Translations under genes and position numbers: made by a program
Notes under the pieces: model-generated
The model's input: only the letters and a program-made list of their open reading frames with translations
Databases searched by the model: none
What the model was told of the DNA's origin: nothing
Part shown: positions 22,296 to 37,145 of the stretch, in pieces
How positions within the stretch are numbered: the stretch's first letter is position 1
Layout of the letters: every line of letters begins with the position of its first letter
DNA from: Selaginella moellendorffii
Taxonomy: Eukaryota; Plantae; Lycopodiophyta
Assembly: GCF_000143415.4 (NCBI RefSeq)
Contig: NW_003314399.1
Span: 267,428-331,427 of the forward strand
Direction: 5' to 3'
DNA: 64,000 nt

Positions 22296-24840
22296 TCACC
22301 TCCAGTGTCCACTAAACACTTGTGAAAATGGTCTCCGCAACGTGACTTGTGGGAATAACTTCTCTCGAGCATCTTCGGCGTCTTTCCCTTCACTCGGCTT
22401 ACTTTGTTGATTGAGAAGGTCCTTCTCGTCCTCGAGATTATCCTCGGTGTGCTGCTTTTTGTCACCTGTTTCCAAGTGGTAACCGAAGCCATGCACTGGT
22501 AAGTTGAAAAGTGCGTACTGGCTTTTCTTCTCCCTGGGTACAAGGCGAGCGACGAGCTTGAACGCAAATGGAGTGAGGACAAGGCTGAATGCGCTGGTAC
22601 CCATCAAGAGGAGGTAGAGCTTTCTGGATACTAGTCCCAGGCCTTGAGCACGGCTCAGCAGCACAAACGAGAATTCCCCGATCTGTGCGAGAGCAATGCC
22701 AACGCTCACAGATATAGGAGTGCTGTAGCCAAATGCACAGACCTGAAACACCAGCAAACAAAACTTAGAAGCTTGCAAACAACAGTCGAGGACTTTCAAA
22801 ATTGTACCACTATAGCGATCAAGAATGTTTTGCCGAAGAACAGAACCGCGAGTGACCCCAGTAGAATATCTTTGTGCTGCCAGAGAAATACGGGGTGCAT
22901 GACCATGCCGATAGAAGCTAAAAAAAGCGAGGCAAATATATTCCGTATTGGCTCGACGTGGTGGAGAGTTTTCTCGCTATACGTTCCACCTGCACAAGAA
23001 TACACAAAAGAACAATTTAAAATTAGAAGAAATCAAACCAAGTATACAACCTGATAGCATGAGACCCGCGACGAAAGCGCCAACTTCAAGCCCGAGCCCG
23101 AGGCTTTGACTTAGCATGGATATACTCAGACAAAGTCCAACGATTCCTAGCTGGTACAACTCGGAGCTGTTCTTCGACAAGCGGCTGAGAGCCGAAAGCA
23201 ACCGTGAAACAACCAACTTGGAGGCGATCCAGGCCACCGCACAAAAACCGGACAGCAAAAGACACTCCCTTGCCAATGCAATCAGGATCGTCCAGGAGCT
23301 GCTGCCTTTGGCCGCGAGTGCCGGCATGACGGCTAGCAAGAGCCCCAAAGCGCAGTCTTGGAAAATAAGCGTGCCGAGTAGTATCTGGGACCACCGGAAA
23401 AGAAAACACAAAAACAACTTAGATCGTGTGCTTGTCACGCAAGTGTATTTAGATTAGATTCCAACCTGACCGTGTTCCGTGCCGGCCATGTTGGCGTCCA
23501 TCATGCATTTTACCACGACCGCGGTGGACGACATGGACAGAAAAGCCCCTGCATACGGGCGCACGTCACACAATCTGCATAGAAAGTCAATGTAACTTTT
23601 GCTGCTAGACTACGAGACTCACCAATGAAGATACCCTGCGGAACCGTCGTGGAGAGCAGGGCCCCAAGCACCATCGCCGTGAGGATTTGGATGCACCCGC
23701 CGCCTAAAGCCACGGCTTTCACTCCCTGCATCTTTGTCGCGCTAAACTCCACGCCGAGAGCGAATAGCAAGAATATGACACCGAACTGAGCGAGTGTTTC
23801 TACCTGGAACGTAAAGCTTAGACAATGACAAAGACAATGACGAAGCTTCATACCTGGACTAGCTCGTGAACGAGGTGGAGACCACCTGGTCCCACGAACA
23901 TCCCAGCAGCAAGGTAGCCCAGGATCACCGGCTGTCCCAGGAACGCAAAAACGATAGCTCCAAGCGCGGACGCAACCATGACGACGACAATGTCCCGGAT
24001 CAACATCAAGTCCTCCTGAAACTGCATCTGAGACCTCTTCCCGGGATGACTGATAACGTACTCGTTGTCGTCTCTGTCGATCAACCGAGCAACGTCCTCC
24101 GACTGGTAGCGTCGCCCATTGTCTTTTCCTGCCGTGGAGTTCTTCTTCTCACCACCAGGCTTCTGACCGATAGTCGTAGCGTTTGGACTTGGATGCGGCA
24201 AAATGGAAGGATGCTCCAATGTGGCACTACTATCACGTCGCTCGTCTTGTGTCTCGGCAGTGGCATTAGTCTGCTGCTGCTGTGGCACCACCACCACCCC
24301 TTCTGGATCGATCGCTTTCTCTTCGTCCGGCTTGTCATCTTTGCCAGACTGCTGCTCGCTCTCTTTGCCATTGCTCCCGGGCTCCTCCTCGTCCATGGAG
24401 TGCTTGCCGACTCTCGCAACAGTCTCGAGCACACCACCTTGGTTCTCAATCGTGTCGTTAAACTTGCCCGCTTCCTTCTGGCTGTCATCCTCCAGAGAAT
24501 CAAAAAGCTTCTCCACATTCTTGACTATCTGGCTCGCCTTGTCGTTCACCTCCTTGTTTCTTGTGTCGTTGCTCTTGACGTCCCACCTAACAGAGAAAGT
24601 AGCATTCCCTCCAGTCCCATTCGCAGCACCACCAAATCCCTCCACACCACTCCCATTCTTCGCCGCCGCCTCGAGAATCTCTAACGCATCGGTCCCTATG
24701 CTGCTACCACCATCGCCATCGCCTCTAGCATCGCTGGCGCTCGCAGATCCAGCTCGATACCACAGCAGGGGAAGCAGCAGCAGCAAGAGGAGCACTCTCA
24801 TTGCCAAATTCCAGTCGCTCGATTCCAATCCACACCTCAT
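22296..24840 (-). CDS. K+ efflux antiporter (CPA2, KEA4/5/6-like) with signal peptide and long acidic N-terminal domain
   Basis: RLIDRDDNEYVISHP, GQPVILGYLAAG, VETLAQFGVIFLLFALGVEFS, GTLIFQDC, VEPIRNIFASLFLASIG, LAQIGEFSFVLLSRA. Confidence 0.92.
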
Positions 24841-25027
24841 GACGCTGCTGCCGCTTGAATCTCAGCTCCAGCGCTGCCACATTGCGACATCCTGCCGCAT
24901 TCGTCGATCCGGCGCGCTCACCTGTGGAGAATCCCTGCCCTAACCCTATTACGCGGTAGCAAAATTTTAACAGGGCCCTGTGAATGGTAGAATATTCTCT
25001 TCCAGATTCGCTTCTTTCTTATTATTG

Positions 25028-25719
25028 CTATTGGCGCTGGTGGTGGTGTTGATGGTGCTGGTGCTCGTCGCCCACTACCACTTTCTGGACGATTATAATG
25101 TAGTAGTCTTCGCTGGGGACAACAATGAGCTCGTGTAATTTCGTTCTCACTCTCACCAACATCATGGTGTCCTACAAAAGAAATAAAAAAACAATCCAGC
25201 GATCAAAACGAAGGATCGGGCACAAAAAAGGAGTTTTCTTGGATGACTTACAGTTGGTTCGATATCGGCCGCCAAGTTCTTAGATTTCATCACGATCAGA
25301 GCGACGTATCTTGCGTACTGCACGAATAAGTACCTGTCTGTGTACGGGGCTTGAGACGTGGGAATTATCAAAAGAGCGAACCTGTGTCGTTGTGGCGTGG
25401 TCCATGGAGCTCTTGATGGGGATTCCAAGGCTGTCGGTCAAGATTGTCCCAACGATACCTTGGACAAAAAGAAAAAAGCCAGCATTTGTTTTATTCCAAG
25501 CTTGAGAAAACTCTATCGAATTTAAGTAGCTTAAGAGAGGTACCTTTGTGAGAGGATATACTCTTGAGTGTTTCCTCTGAAACGTACTGCATAAAAAACA
25601 GGGAGAGGAAGCTACAGTGAGCACAAAATTGAAAGCAATAGCACCTTGTTTTGACGTAGTGTTGCCGGGTCTATTCTCACAGCCTCCTCCAGAGACGATG
25701 GTACTGCGTCTTCGTCCAT
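25028..25719 (-). CDS. Dynein light chain roadblock/LC7, ~5 exons, His/Gln tail
   Basis: Spliced translation EETLKSISSHKGIVGTILTDSLGIPIKSSMDHATTTQYARYVALIVMKSKNLAADIEPTDTMMLVRVRTKLHELIVVPSEDYYIIIVQK aligns with the LC7 consensus. Confidence 0.88.
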
Positions 25720-26153
25720 GACTGTATGAAACGACTAAAGGCGCAGCGCACAGTGATAGGTCCAGCTCGTTCGAGACCTAATCAATCGGTTCACCTGAAA
25801 TCCCCACGTGGATGCCACGCAGGAAGAAAAAAGAAAAAAGAAAAAACGTTTGGTAACTCGCAAAAAAGAAAAAAAGAAAAAAAAAGCGGACACCAAGAGT
25901 GACTGACAAAGAAAAGATCTCGAGATAGAGGACACAGGAAAAACAAAAACGTTCGGTAACTCATGAAAGGAAAAAAGCAATTGTGAGATAGAGCACATAT
26001 TAAAACACCTGGGAATCTAGACATCCAAGAAAACTTTGGCTTGGACAAAGGCGCAAATCACACTTTGTAACAACGGACGTACAGAGGTGGAACTGGAATC
26101 GAATGTAAAAACTCGCGAAACCGGCAACACACGAGGCGCGTACCTGCAGGTTA

Positions 26154-28671
26154 CTATAAAGGCCTGCTCATTCGATTCGCTTGTCCGGCTGAAAACGATC
26201 TGCGAGGAAGCTTCGCCGAGTACGGGCTGCTGTTGGAATTTCGTTGGGTGATTCGAGCTGATCGAGGACTTCCACCATTCTGAGATTTTAGAAAACTTTT
26301 AGCTTCGGTTATACGAGTGCGCACAAAATTCTTACCGGAGTAAAAATTCGTTCCGCCGACATCATAGGAAGCACTTGCTTCGGCATTGCGTTATGTGGCA
26401 AATAATCAGCCCGAAGTGGGTTCAGTTTTTGGATGTCCTGGTCACAGGACCTGAAACCTCAACTTGTACTCGTTAGTAACCCCTTGGAAACAGTAGAGTA
26501 AAGCACGTACATGCATTTGAAACCCATTAGCGGCTTTCCACTAAACACCGCATGCTCTGGTTGCTCCATGAACTCACGAACAATCCGAGCTATTTTCTGC
26601 AAAAATGTGAAAACAGCTATCGTCTGGGAGGATACATCGAGGCAAGTTACCTGCATATCTTTCTTTTCTGCTTTTGTCTCTTTCATACCGTCAACTAGGA
26701 TCTGCAACTCCTTCATTTGTGTTGTATCTTCTTTCACTTGTATTTGATTCTCTCTTAATGCTTTCTGCAGTAGCAAACATGTGAAATCAGATAGGCTCGC
26801 AATCCCTTACCTCAAAAGCAAAAAACATGTCCTCGTAGGCTGCTTCAGGATCTTGAGGTTTCTGATCAGAAAAAGTTTCTGGTGCACCTGGAGCTCCTGG
26901 AACGCCTGAGGCTGCCGGAACACCTGGAGCCCCTGGAGCGCCTGGAGGGCCTGGCGCTCCCAAAGGTCCAGAAGCTCCCGGTGCTCCTGCAACTGCACCT
27001 GAAGGAAAGCCAGCAGTTCCAGGTGGAGCGGCAGACACTTCTACGGGCTTTTGTTCTGGAGCAAACCGCTGGTCATGACCAGACATGATAAGCACGGTCC
27101 TTCCAAGATATCCCATGTCCCTATGAATCTGCAAAATTCTCAAATAAACTCAAGTTCTGAAATGTGCTGAGGACCATCACCTCTTCTAGCAGTCTGTCGT
27201 GATTTTTCAAAGCGTCACGGACTTCGTCCGCAACATAGTCCGTCACCATGCCCTGATAAACGTAAAAAATACTTCGCTCGCTAGATCAGACGCATGCATA
27301 AGTACTCTACTCACCTTTGTGCCTCCAGCTAGCAAACTTGATAACTTTGACGACCTACGATTGGGTGGAGGACCTGAAGCAGAGCCTCTCCTTTGTTGAT
27401 GCCGAAGATCCTCAATCATTTGTGCCACTCTTTGAAGAGACTGGGGAAGGAAACAACATCAGCCAAAGCAGAATGCCAATAGAAAACTATCACCTCTTTG
27501 TTGGTTTGAGTCAGCGTTTCTAGAGCAACAACATCAGCTTTTGCTTGCAGGCGGTTTTGAAGATCGGTAACAGCGGTTCCAAGGTCTGCCACGATGGCAC
27601 TCGGACGCCGCTGGCCTGGTTTGAGCTCCGGGGGAGCTACAAGTTTCGTATCAAGATCCACACGAAGTGCCTGAAGCCATTGAAAAGTTAAGGTGCCTTC
27701 ATACAACGATTTTACGTACTTGGCAGTATTTGTTGAGTGCTTCTAGCTCAGCAGCATGATTTGAGGCGGTTTGCTGAAGTTGTATTTTGAGGTCATCTCC
27801 CTGAAGCAGTAACCCCGTTGTACCCGTGAACATTTGCCATGAAATTGAGATAGTTGAGAATTGCATACTTGATTTTCCAAACTTTGCAGCCTTCCACTGT
27901 GGTCCAGAACATCAGCTTGTAAAGACTCTATTTCTTCTGTCATAACTCGCACTGCCCCCGTCGTTTCCACTACATGCTGCTCAAACTGTGACTGGAAGTT
28001 TTCACCCTGTTTCCTTATTGTTTCGTCCTGCTCCTTGACTTTGGTTTGCAGCTCTGAACTGACCGCAGTCAGGTTCTGGATTCCTCCCTCTAAATCTTCA
28101 ACTCTTTTGGGAACAGACTCGACGGCTGCCTTCAATTCTGCCAAATCCCCAGTCACTGTCTTGACGTTTACAGAATTTTCTTCCATCCTGCAATGAAAGC
28201 TTTTGTCAAGTTCCACTCACCAAGCACGAAGCATACCCTTTTTGAACAGCGTTGATACGATCTCCAGTGACTTTAACATGTGTATCGAGCTTCTCAGCCT
28301 GCTTTTGGACCTCGACCTCGGTGAAATCTTTACACTCTTTAGCCGTGTTTTTACTGCATTGCGTCGCGTCAGGGAAAGAAAAAACAGAAAAGAAAACGGG
28401 TCAAATCTCATACCAGACTTCGTAAATCTCCTCCTTGAAAGCTTGAAAATTTTTGGCGAGCTCCTCAGCTTTCTCAAGCCGTGCTGTCTGTGATACCGAT
28501 GGTTAAAATCAATTTCTCTCCTCTGTTCTCAACGTAGCTACAACTTACATGAGCTGTGAGTCGATCGCAGACAGATCGCAAAAGACTTTGCAGTTTCTCC
28601 CACTGCAACTGCGCTACAACTGGTACATGGGTGACCGCCAAAATCTCCCGAATGATCGCAACATCGTCCAT
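26154..28671 (-). CDS. Multi-exon coiled-coil protein with Gly-X-Y insert and C-terminal K.L..FKCMSCD motif (DUF4795/QRICH2-like, tentative)
   Basis: Heptad-rich exons; spliced AVFSGKPLMGFKCMSCDQDI; last exon ends ...MSRPL* at 26154. Confidence 0.65.
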
Positions 28672-29221
28672 GGCTGCAAGATTACACCTGTCCTAAAAGC
28701 GTCGAGAACTATCTTCCTCAAAATCCTGCCTGCTTTTCAAGCTCCAGCGCACCAGCATTGCCATGTCCCATCAAAATCTCCCCAGGATCAAGGCCCCAAG
28801 AATCCGGGCAATGTGAGACTCATAGAGTACTTTCGATGCGCAAGCAGCCGATCGGAGCCATTTCTCGATCCAGCGCCTACCAGAGGAGTGATCGCTCGAG
28901 ATCTGGTAAAAAACAGAGCTCCGGCGGTAAAGCAGCCTCGGCGCTCCCACGCTAGCCCTGCCCCAATACCCTAATCCCTCGCTAAGAGCTTCGCGTGACC
29001 ACGCCCTTTCTGGCTCTTCCACCATTGTATGCAGCTCGTCGCTTTTGTCGACTTGGCAGCATCGCGGCGGTCCGTTGAGTGGAAAGAAACGAATCCCGGC
29101 CGTCGATGCCTTCTTTCGTCAGTTCTAATGGCAAAGGTCATGAGAGAGAAATGCGGGTGCTTTGCCTTCACTGCCTACGTGGCCAGGTTTTTAGGTATTA
29201 AACTATTTAGGGTTTTTCGCG

Positions 29222-31282
<2,061 letters not shown>

Positions 31283-31632
31283 TGAAAGTTTTCCAATATC
31301 ATTGTTCGAGCATTTGGTTGATCGAGTTTCGGCTGCTCCTTTTGTACGGTAAACTTAGTTTTTTCATTGCGGACATTCTCTGATCACGCAATCTTTGTGT
31401 TAACTGCAGTTAATTTAAGGCAGCCTGACAGCAACTGTTTCTTCAATGCATCTCTAACAGGTGTTTCTGGGATTGAGTGAGAAAGCAAAAGCCTGGGATC
31501 GTGGGATTACGCCATCATGAACTTTGAAAGTTTCGGACACTCGCTCCCTACTTGACAGATAGTCAGTTAAACAGAGAAGATCCGTTACTAACAGGTACGT
31601 TGGAAGTACGTCATTCTTATTGCATGACTTAA

Positions 31633-33744
31633 CTACTGTTGTTTATGCCGGGGCTTAAACCGAAGTACAAGGTAAGCGAGAAGTCTATAGACGACGGCGA
31701 AAATTGCCGAAACGCCCAGGTTCATCCACTTGCTGGAATGCTCGAGGCCGGACTCGACCAGCACACTTCTTCCCGTGAGATTGCAGACTTTCGCAAAGCA
31801 CACGTCAGAAAGAGACTCGTACTCGTTAATGAGCATCGCATCCAGTGGGTACTTGAAGACGGACAGGTAGTGCATAAACAGCCAGTACTTGGGAATATGA
31901 TCCTTGGGGACGAAGTAGCCTGAGAAGAGGAAGAACGCTCCAAGAGTACCGGTGACGAGAGTGTTCCCCAATATATAGTCCGGAACCAGTGCGCTGAAGA
32001 AGGAAACGATCGAGTTGGCGTCCACCACTACCATCCACACATCGAGCAGGAAGAAGACGTACGCTTCAATGGAATGGTTGAGGCCAACGAGGAAGTACGC
32101 CGGTACCGTATACAGGAGCGAGAAGACGAACAGGAACGGCAGGAACATGAGCGTGTTGGCGATCACATACGACGAGACCCTGTATGTTCCCCTGGAAGTT
32201 TCACGCTCGAAGATCTGGCGCTCCGCGAGAAACATCGGCAGTGACTCACTCGTCGACGTGAGCAGGAACGTGAGAGTGAAGGCGAAGAAGCCGTAGCGTT
32301 CCCGGACGCCTACGACGTTCCGTCCCAGGTGGGTGAACACCGAGCCGAGAGCAAAGCCAGCACCGAGCGCTTGCGCAGTTCTCGCCAGCGACAACTGCTT
32401 GGTTCTCCATATGGTCTTCCAACACCGGCTAGACAGCAACAAGATCTCCCTGCATCGAGAGTTGGCGAAAGTTGGCTTGTCGACGATCCGAGGAGCAGCA
32501 AAAACCGATGGTGGCGGTGGTGGTGGCGACTTGTCGTGCACTCTCTGGTTGAACAAGTCCTCGAGCGAGCAGCGCATTTTCGAGACCGGAACGTTGAAAC
32601 ACTCGGCGATGATACCGTCGCAGCCCCTGTCCGCCTCGATCAGATTGATGGTCTCGATGGCATACTCGACAACGTTCACCTGAGGGGGGAAGCTGTGGCC
32701 GGCCGCGAAGAGCTTGTCCGAGAGCTCCTGCAAGCTCCCGCTGTGGATCATCCGTCCTGGACCCAGCAGCACGATGGAGTGAATGAGCTCGAGGATCCGG
32801 AAGCCCGGCTGGTGGATACTGAGGATGATGGTCCTCTCGTGGGACTTAGCCATGTTGTGGAGCATCGCCACCACCTGGAGCGCCGCCGCTGAGTCCAAGC
32901 CGGAAGTTGGCTCGTCCAGGAGCAGTACGGCCGGGTCGTGGATCACGTCAACTCCGATAGAAACTCTCCGTCGCTCGCCGCCAGAGACTCCACGGACAGC
33001 GTCGCTGCCTATCCTCGACGACGCCACGCCACGCAGCCCGAGCTCCGCCATGAGCAGCTCCACCCGAGCGCGCTTGGCCGACGCGGGCATGCTGGAAGGA
33101 AGCCGGAGCTGCGCGCTACACATGAGCGTCTCCGCCACGGTGAGCATCGGGAAGAGCAAGTCGTGCTGCATGACGTAGCCGGAGATCCGCCGGAAGGAGC
33201 TCAGCTCCATTGGCCGCTTGTTCACCAGTATGCTGCTGTTCTTCGCGGGGGTGATGCGACCGGCCAGTATCTCCAGGAGGGTCGACTTCCCTGCTCCGCT
33301 CGGCCCCGCAATTGCGAGCAATTCACCCGGCTTGGCAGTACAGTTGACGTTCCGGAGGATGGTCTTGGTCTGGAGGAGCTCCGGCCAGTAGTTCTTTGGG
33401 ACGAAGCACGCTACTCCGGTGGACGCTCTGCTGGGGACTGTATGATAGCTGAGGTTCTTTACCTGGATCTCGTACGGGACCGAGCGCCTCGGCGAGTGGA
33501 GAGGCGAGTCGTCTTCGTCGCTGTAGAGCTTGACGTGCGGGATGTTTACAACGGTCTCGTCCCGCATGCTGTGAGTGCAAGGTCGCTGGCAAGCTCCACA
33601 TCGCAGGGGACTCTTCTGGGACAGGACTTGGAGGAGATTGTTACCATTGCCGGCGTGGCTGTTGCTGCTGCTCTTGTGAGTATTATTACTTCCCTCTTCT
33701 CCTGTTGTTGATTGTTCTTCGCTCGACTCCTGAGCCATTCCCAT
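31633..33744 (-). CDS. Intronless half-size ABCG (WBC) transporter
   Basis: GPSGAGKST, VSGGERRRVSIG, LLDEPTSGLDS, C-terminal ABC2 membrane domain; first ATG at 33744. Confidence 0.96.
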   Translation of the reverse strand: MGMAQESSEEQSTTGEEGSNNTHKSSSNSHAGNGNNLLQVLSQKSPLRCGACQRPCTHSMRDETVVNIPHVKLYSDEDDSPLHSPRRSVPYEIQVKNLSYHTVPSRASTGVACFVPKNYWPELLQTKTILRNVNCTAKPGELLAIAGPSGAGKSTLLEILAGRITPAKNSSILVNKRPMELSSFRRISGYVMQHDLLFPMLTVAETLMCSAQLRLPSSMPASAKRARVELLMAELGLRGVASSRIGSDAVRGVSGGERRRVSIGVDVIHDPAVLLLDEPTSGLDSAAALQVVAMLHNMAKSHERTIILSIHQPGFRILELIHSIVLLGPGRMIHSGSLQELSDKLFAAGHSFPPQVNVVEYAIETINLIEADRGCDGIIAECFNVPVSKMRCSLEDLFNQRVHDKSPPPPPPSVFAAPRIVDKPTFANSRCREILLLSSRCWKTIWRTKQLSLARTAQALGAGFALGSVFTHLGRNVVGVRERYGFFAFTLTFLLTSTSESLPMFLAERQIFERETSRGTYRVSSYVIANTLMFLPFLFVFSLLYTVPAYFLVGLNHSIEAYVFFLLDVWMVVVDANSIVSFFSALVPDYILGNTLVTGTLGAFFLFSGYFVPKDHIPKYWLFMHYLSVFKYPLDAMLINEYESLSDVCFAKVCNLTGRSVLVESGLEHSSKWMNLGVSAIFAVVYRLLAYLVLRFKPRHKQQ

Positions 33745-35081
33745 CGCTGACTCGCTTTCCTTTCGTGACAGAAGCTCTAGCAGCAACACCTCTGCCGCTG
33801 TCTTCCAAGGTCTAAAGGAAATGCACCACGCATGAACGCAAAAGGTAGATTGAGCTCAAGCTCACACACTCTTTTCTCCCTTCCTTTTTTCTTTCTTTCG
33901 TTTCCACACAGAGCTATCCTGCAAGTTCCAGCGCAAGTGCTATATGCTTTTTGCCTCTCGAGGAGTAAATGCAAGCGAGGAGCACAGCAGTGGTGGTGCT
34001 TTAGCTCAAACCTGTGACTCGAATGTGCTCGCCTGGTTTATATACCTACACCACACATAAGGCGGAGAACTGCGCGGGTTGACAGGAGCCAGGCCTGTGC
34101 GTGATGCCGAGTGGTGGTAAATGCTTTATCATGATTATCGAGGTAAGCTTCCAATCTATTCCTTGCTTAATTATCTTTGCAACTTGCAAGGGCTGTGGCG
34201 TGATACGCAAGATTTTCCACGCGTGGCAACTCTTACGTAATTGCATGGATTCTAACAGGTAACCATAGCTCTGTGTTCATTAACTTGCAAGGAATAACCT
34301 CTTCTCCGTTAGGTGGAGTGGTCACATAAAACCCATAACTATGTGCTTTCACTGCTCAAACGTCCTCGTCCATCGTGGATACACACTAAAAACCAGGTAA
34401 TCTTTTTGGAAGTTACCCCCTTGCGTGTGAAAGAGTCTTACATTAGTTTGTTCTTCGTACACCAGTTCTAAAAAACACATGTGACTTTTCAGAGGGCGCT
34501 TAAATCCTGTGTGTGATTGGAGCTAAACTTGAAAACGCTGTGCCTCCATATGTTTGTCTTGTAGAAGAATGCTACTCAACTCAACTCAGAGCTCCAGAGC
34601 TCCAGAGCTCACAGTGCAGTGCACCGCAGATGAAAGGATTTTTTTCTTTCCCCAGGACAGCGAATGAAGAACCGCAAGAAAACAAAGTAAAAAAAAAGTT
34701 GGATCTGGGGGTTTTCTTACTGAGAGAACCGGAGACGAGGACCAAGCAGCTTCATGCGAGAACGCCACACACAAAAGTAGCGAAAAAGAGAGAAAAAGCT
34801 GCGCGCAGTTTACGCGTTTGTTTGTTTCTCCCTGACAGAGGAGAAAGGAATTTATACCAAGGAAAGAGACCAAACCTTGTGTGTGTGTGTGTGTTCGCCA
34901 CCACAAAGAATGTAAAAGAATCCCGATGGATAGGGTCATTCCTAAGGCCCTTATGCGTGCTTGCCTGACTAAAAACAGTGGGACAGCCAAGAGTCACGGA
35001 TCACCCATGCCAAGCCGCTGGACAAAAGTTTTTTAAAAAAATGGAGAAATAGGAAAAACTTGAGAACTTTCTTACTTGGAG

Positions 35082-36925
35082 TCATGATAAGTCGAGAATC
35101 AGCTGGCCTGCTATGATCCCGCAAGCACATACGCCTGTAACCGCCAAGGTTCCACGCTTTGTGATCCAGTTTCTTCCGCCAGGATACTGGGAGTTTCCAG
35201 ATTCTTTGGCCAGTCCCCACGCCATTACAGGTGGAAGAACACCATAGAGCGTGGTCATGCCATATCCCCCCTGCGTTAAGTTTCAGCGCATCAGCTCGCG
35301 ACATCTTAGAGCACAGAGAAAACGATTTTCTTTTAGCTTACCGCCAGGTCTGCAGCTGTGAAGAAGGCGTCTGAGATACTTAGTGAGAGCAGGAGAGGAG
35401 GAACGAGAACCAATGCCACCGAGACGAGTTTTATATGCGCTGGCCTCGGGGACGTTGCATCATCAAAGAATGTTTCGCCTGGAAGTAAGATGGCGATGGA
35501 CTTCCCAAGCCGCTCGATGAAAAACTCGGACATTCCGAGCACGGAGCCAATTATGGATGTTAGCACGGCTAGAAGAGAAAAGAGCTGCACAGCGAAGGAG
35601 GTCCTGCATGTACAAACGTTGTTGCAGAAAAGAAGAAAGAAAATACGAGCTTACTGAATAGCCAGACTTAGAGGATCCGCATTCCCAGACGTAGAAGCGA
35701 GAGAAAGAGCTACAGCGTTCCAGCACAGAAGCATGGCCAGAGGTATCGCGCTGCCGACGATAACCGACGTCTGTATCCGCCTTACATCGCCATCCAAATA
35801 TGTGCAAATGACTACAAAACCTTTCATGTTATCGAGGACACGTTCATCGCTTTCGCCATACCTGGAATTAAGTCGTGGTAAACCAGAGCCAGAAAAATAA
35901 CGGGAATAGCCTCTGGAGCCGTGTTCCAGTTCTGATGCAAAAGAGCTGCCCAGTCTCCATATTTAGAGCCTCCAATGACGAGCAAGAGAAAGAGCCCTGC
36001 AGAATGGTTTCTTGTAAAGAAAAAACTTTTTCTTTGGAAAAAGGACTTCACCTCACCTATCAGTCCCGCAGTCATGAACTGATTGGCTCGGTCAGCGAGT
36101 TTGGTTCCGCCAGAGAGAAGCAAATATCCAAATACGCCGACGAACAAAACTTCCGCTATCTGTCTTGGGACGTGAAATAACAGGGAGAGAACTTCGCCTG
36201 ACTTGGAAATGTAGGCCACTATAAGTGCATATGTGAGGAGCACGTAAACCGCTCCAACAAGGATTCCTCCTCGGCTGCCCAGAGTTGTCTCGGCCATAGT
36301 TTGAAGAGAGATGACTTTCGACAGTGAATGGTTTGCTTTTTTGCTGCTCATCAGAGCCAAGTTCACTTCGACCAGAAGAAAAGCCTCCAAAACCAAAAAG
36401 ATCCAAGAAACAGTCATTATGCTTGCAGAGGGAATAAAACCCTGAGAGGGAAAATGAAAGAATAACGTTTACAAAAGAAAAACAAAAACAATAATCTGGA
36501 CTCACTGCTGCGATAGTTTTTGCTGGTACTGCCAGAATTCCAGCACCAATGCTGGTTCCAGTAATCAACGCAATTGCTCCCACAAGCGTGCCATTGCCTG
36601 GTGTTGTTTCAGCGCTCTCTCTCCTGATGCTCCTGCCTTTCACACTTGTACTCCTGCGAAAACTTTCAATTAACAATCGAACACCACCAGTTGCATTACC
36701 TTGGTCGATCCTCTTGGGACCCTGCTGCAGGATTTAACCTCTGGAATTTCTTGCAGGCTGTAGGAACCCGACTATGAAAGACAATTTGACTCCTCACACA
36801 TCTCCCCGGAAATTGTACTCCGGGTTTCACGTAGAGCTGCTTAAATCCAAAAGCGTTAGAAAATAGATAAAACGCCGAACATGATAGCTTACCTCAGAAC
36901 AAGACCATCCCCCTCGAATATCCAT
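35082..36925 (-). CDS. Tryptophan/tyrosine permease family (TyrP-like) transporter, probable plastid
   Basis: GAIALITGTSIGAGILAVP, LEAFLLVEVN, LIVAYISKSG, IPVIFLALVYHDLIP, GGYGMTTLYGVLPPVMAW; stop at 35082. Confidence 0.88.
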
Positions 36926-37145
36926 GCCCTCCTCACTGCTCCCAGGACATGGGAAGCACAAAGATCCCGGCCCTTCCGAAGAAAAAAATCGGAAATAGAG
37001 AATATAATGTAGGACCGACGTCTTCAAAGTCATTGTCGTCTTGCACCCTTGTTTTCCATGGACTCGCAAGCTGTAGCCACTCTGCTGTCAAACATCCAGT
37101 CGGGATGAAAGAAAAAAAAAAGATTTTACGTACTTGGACATCTGC

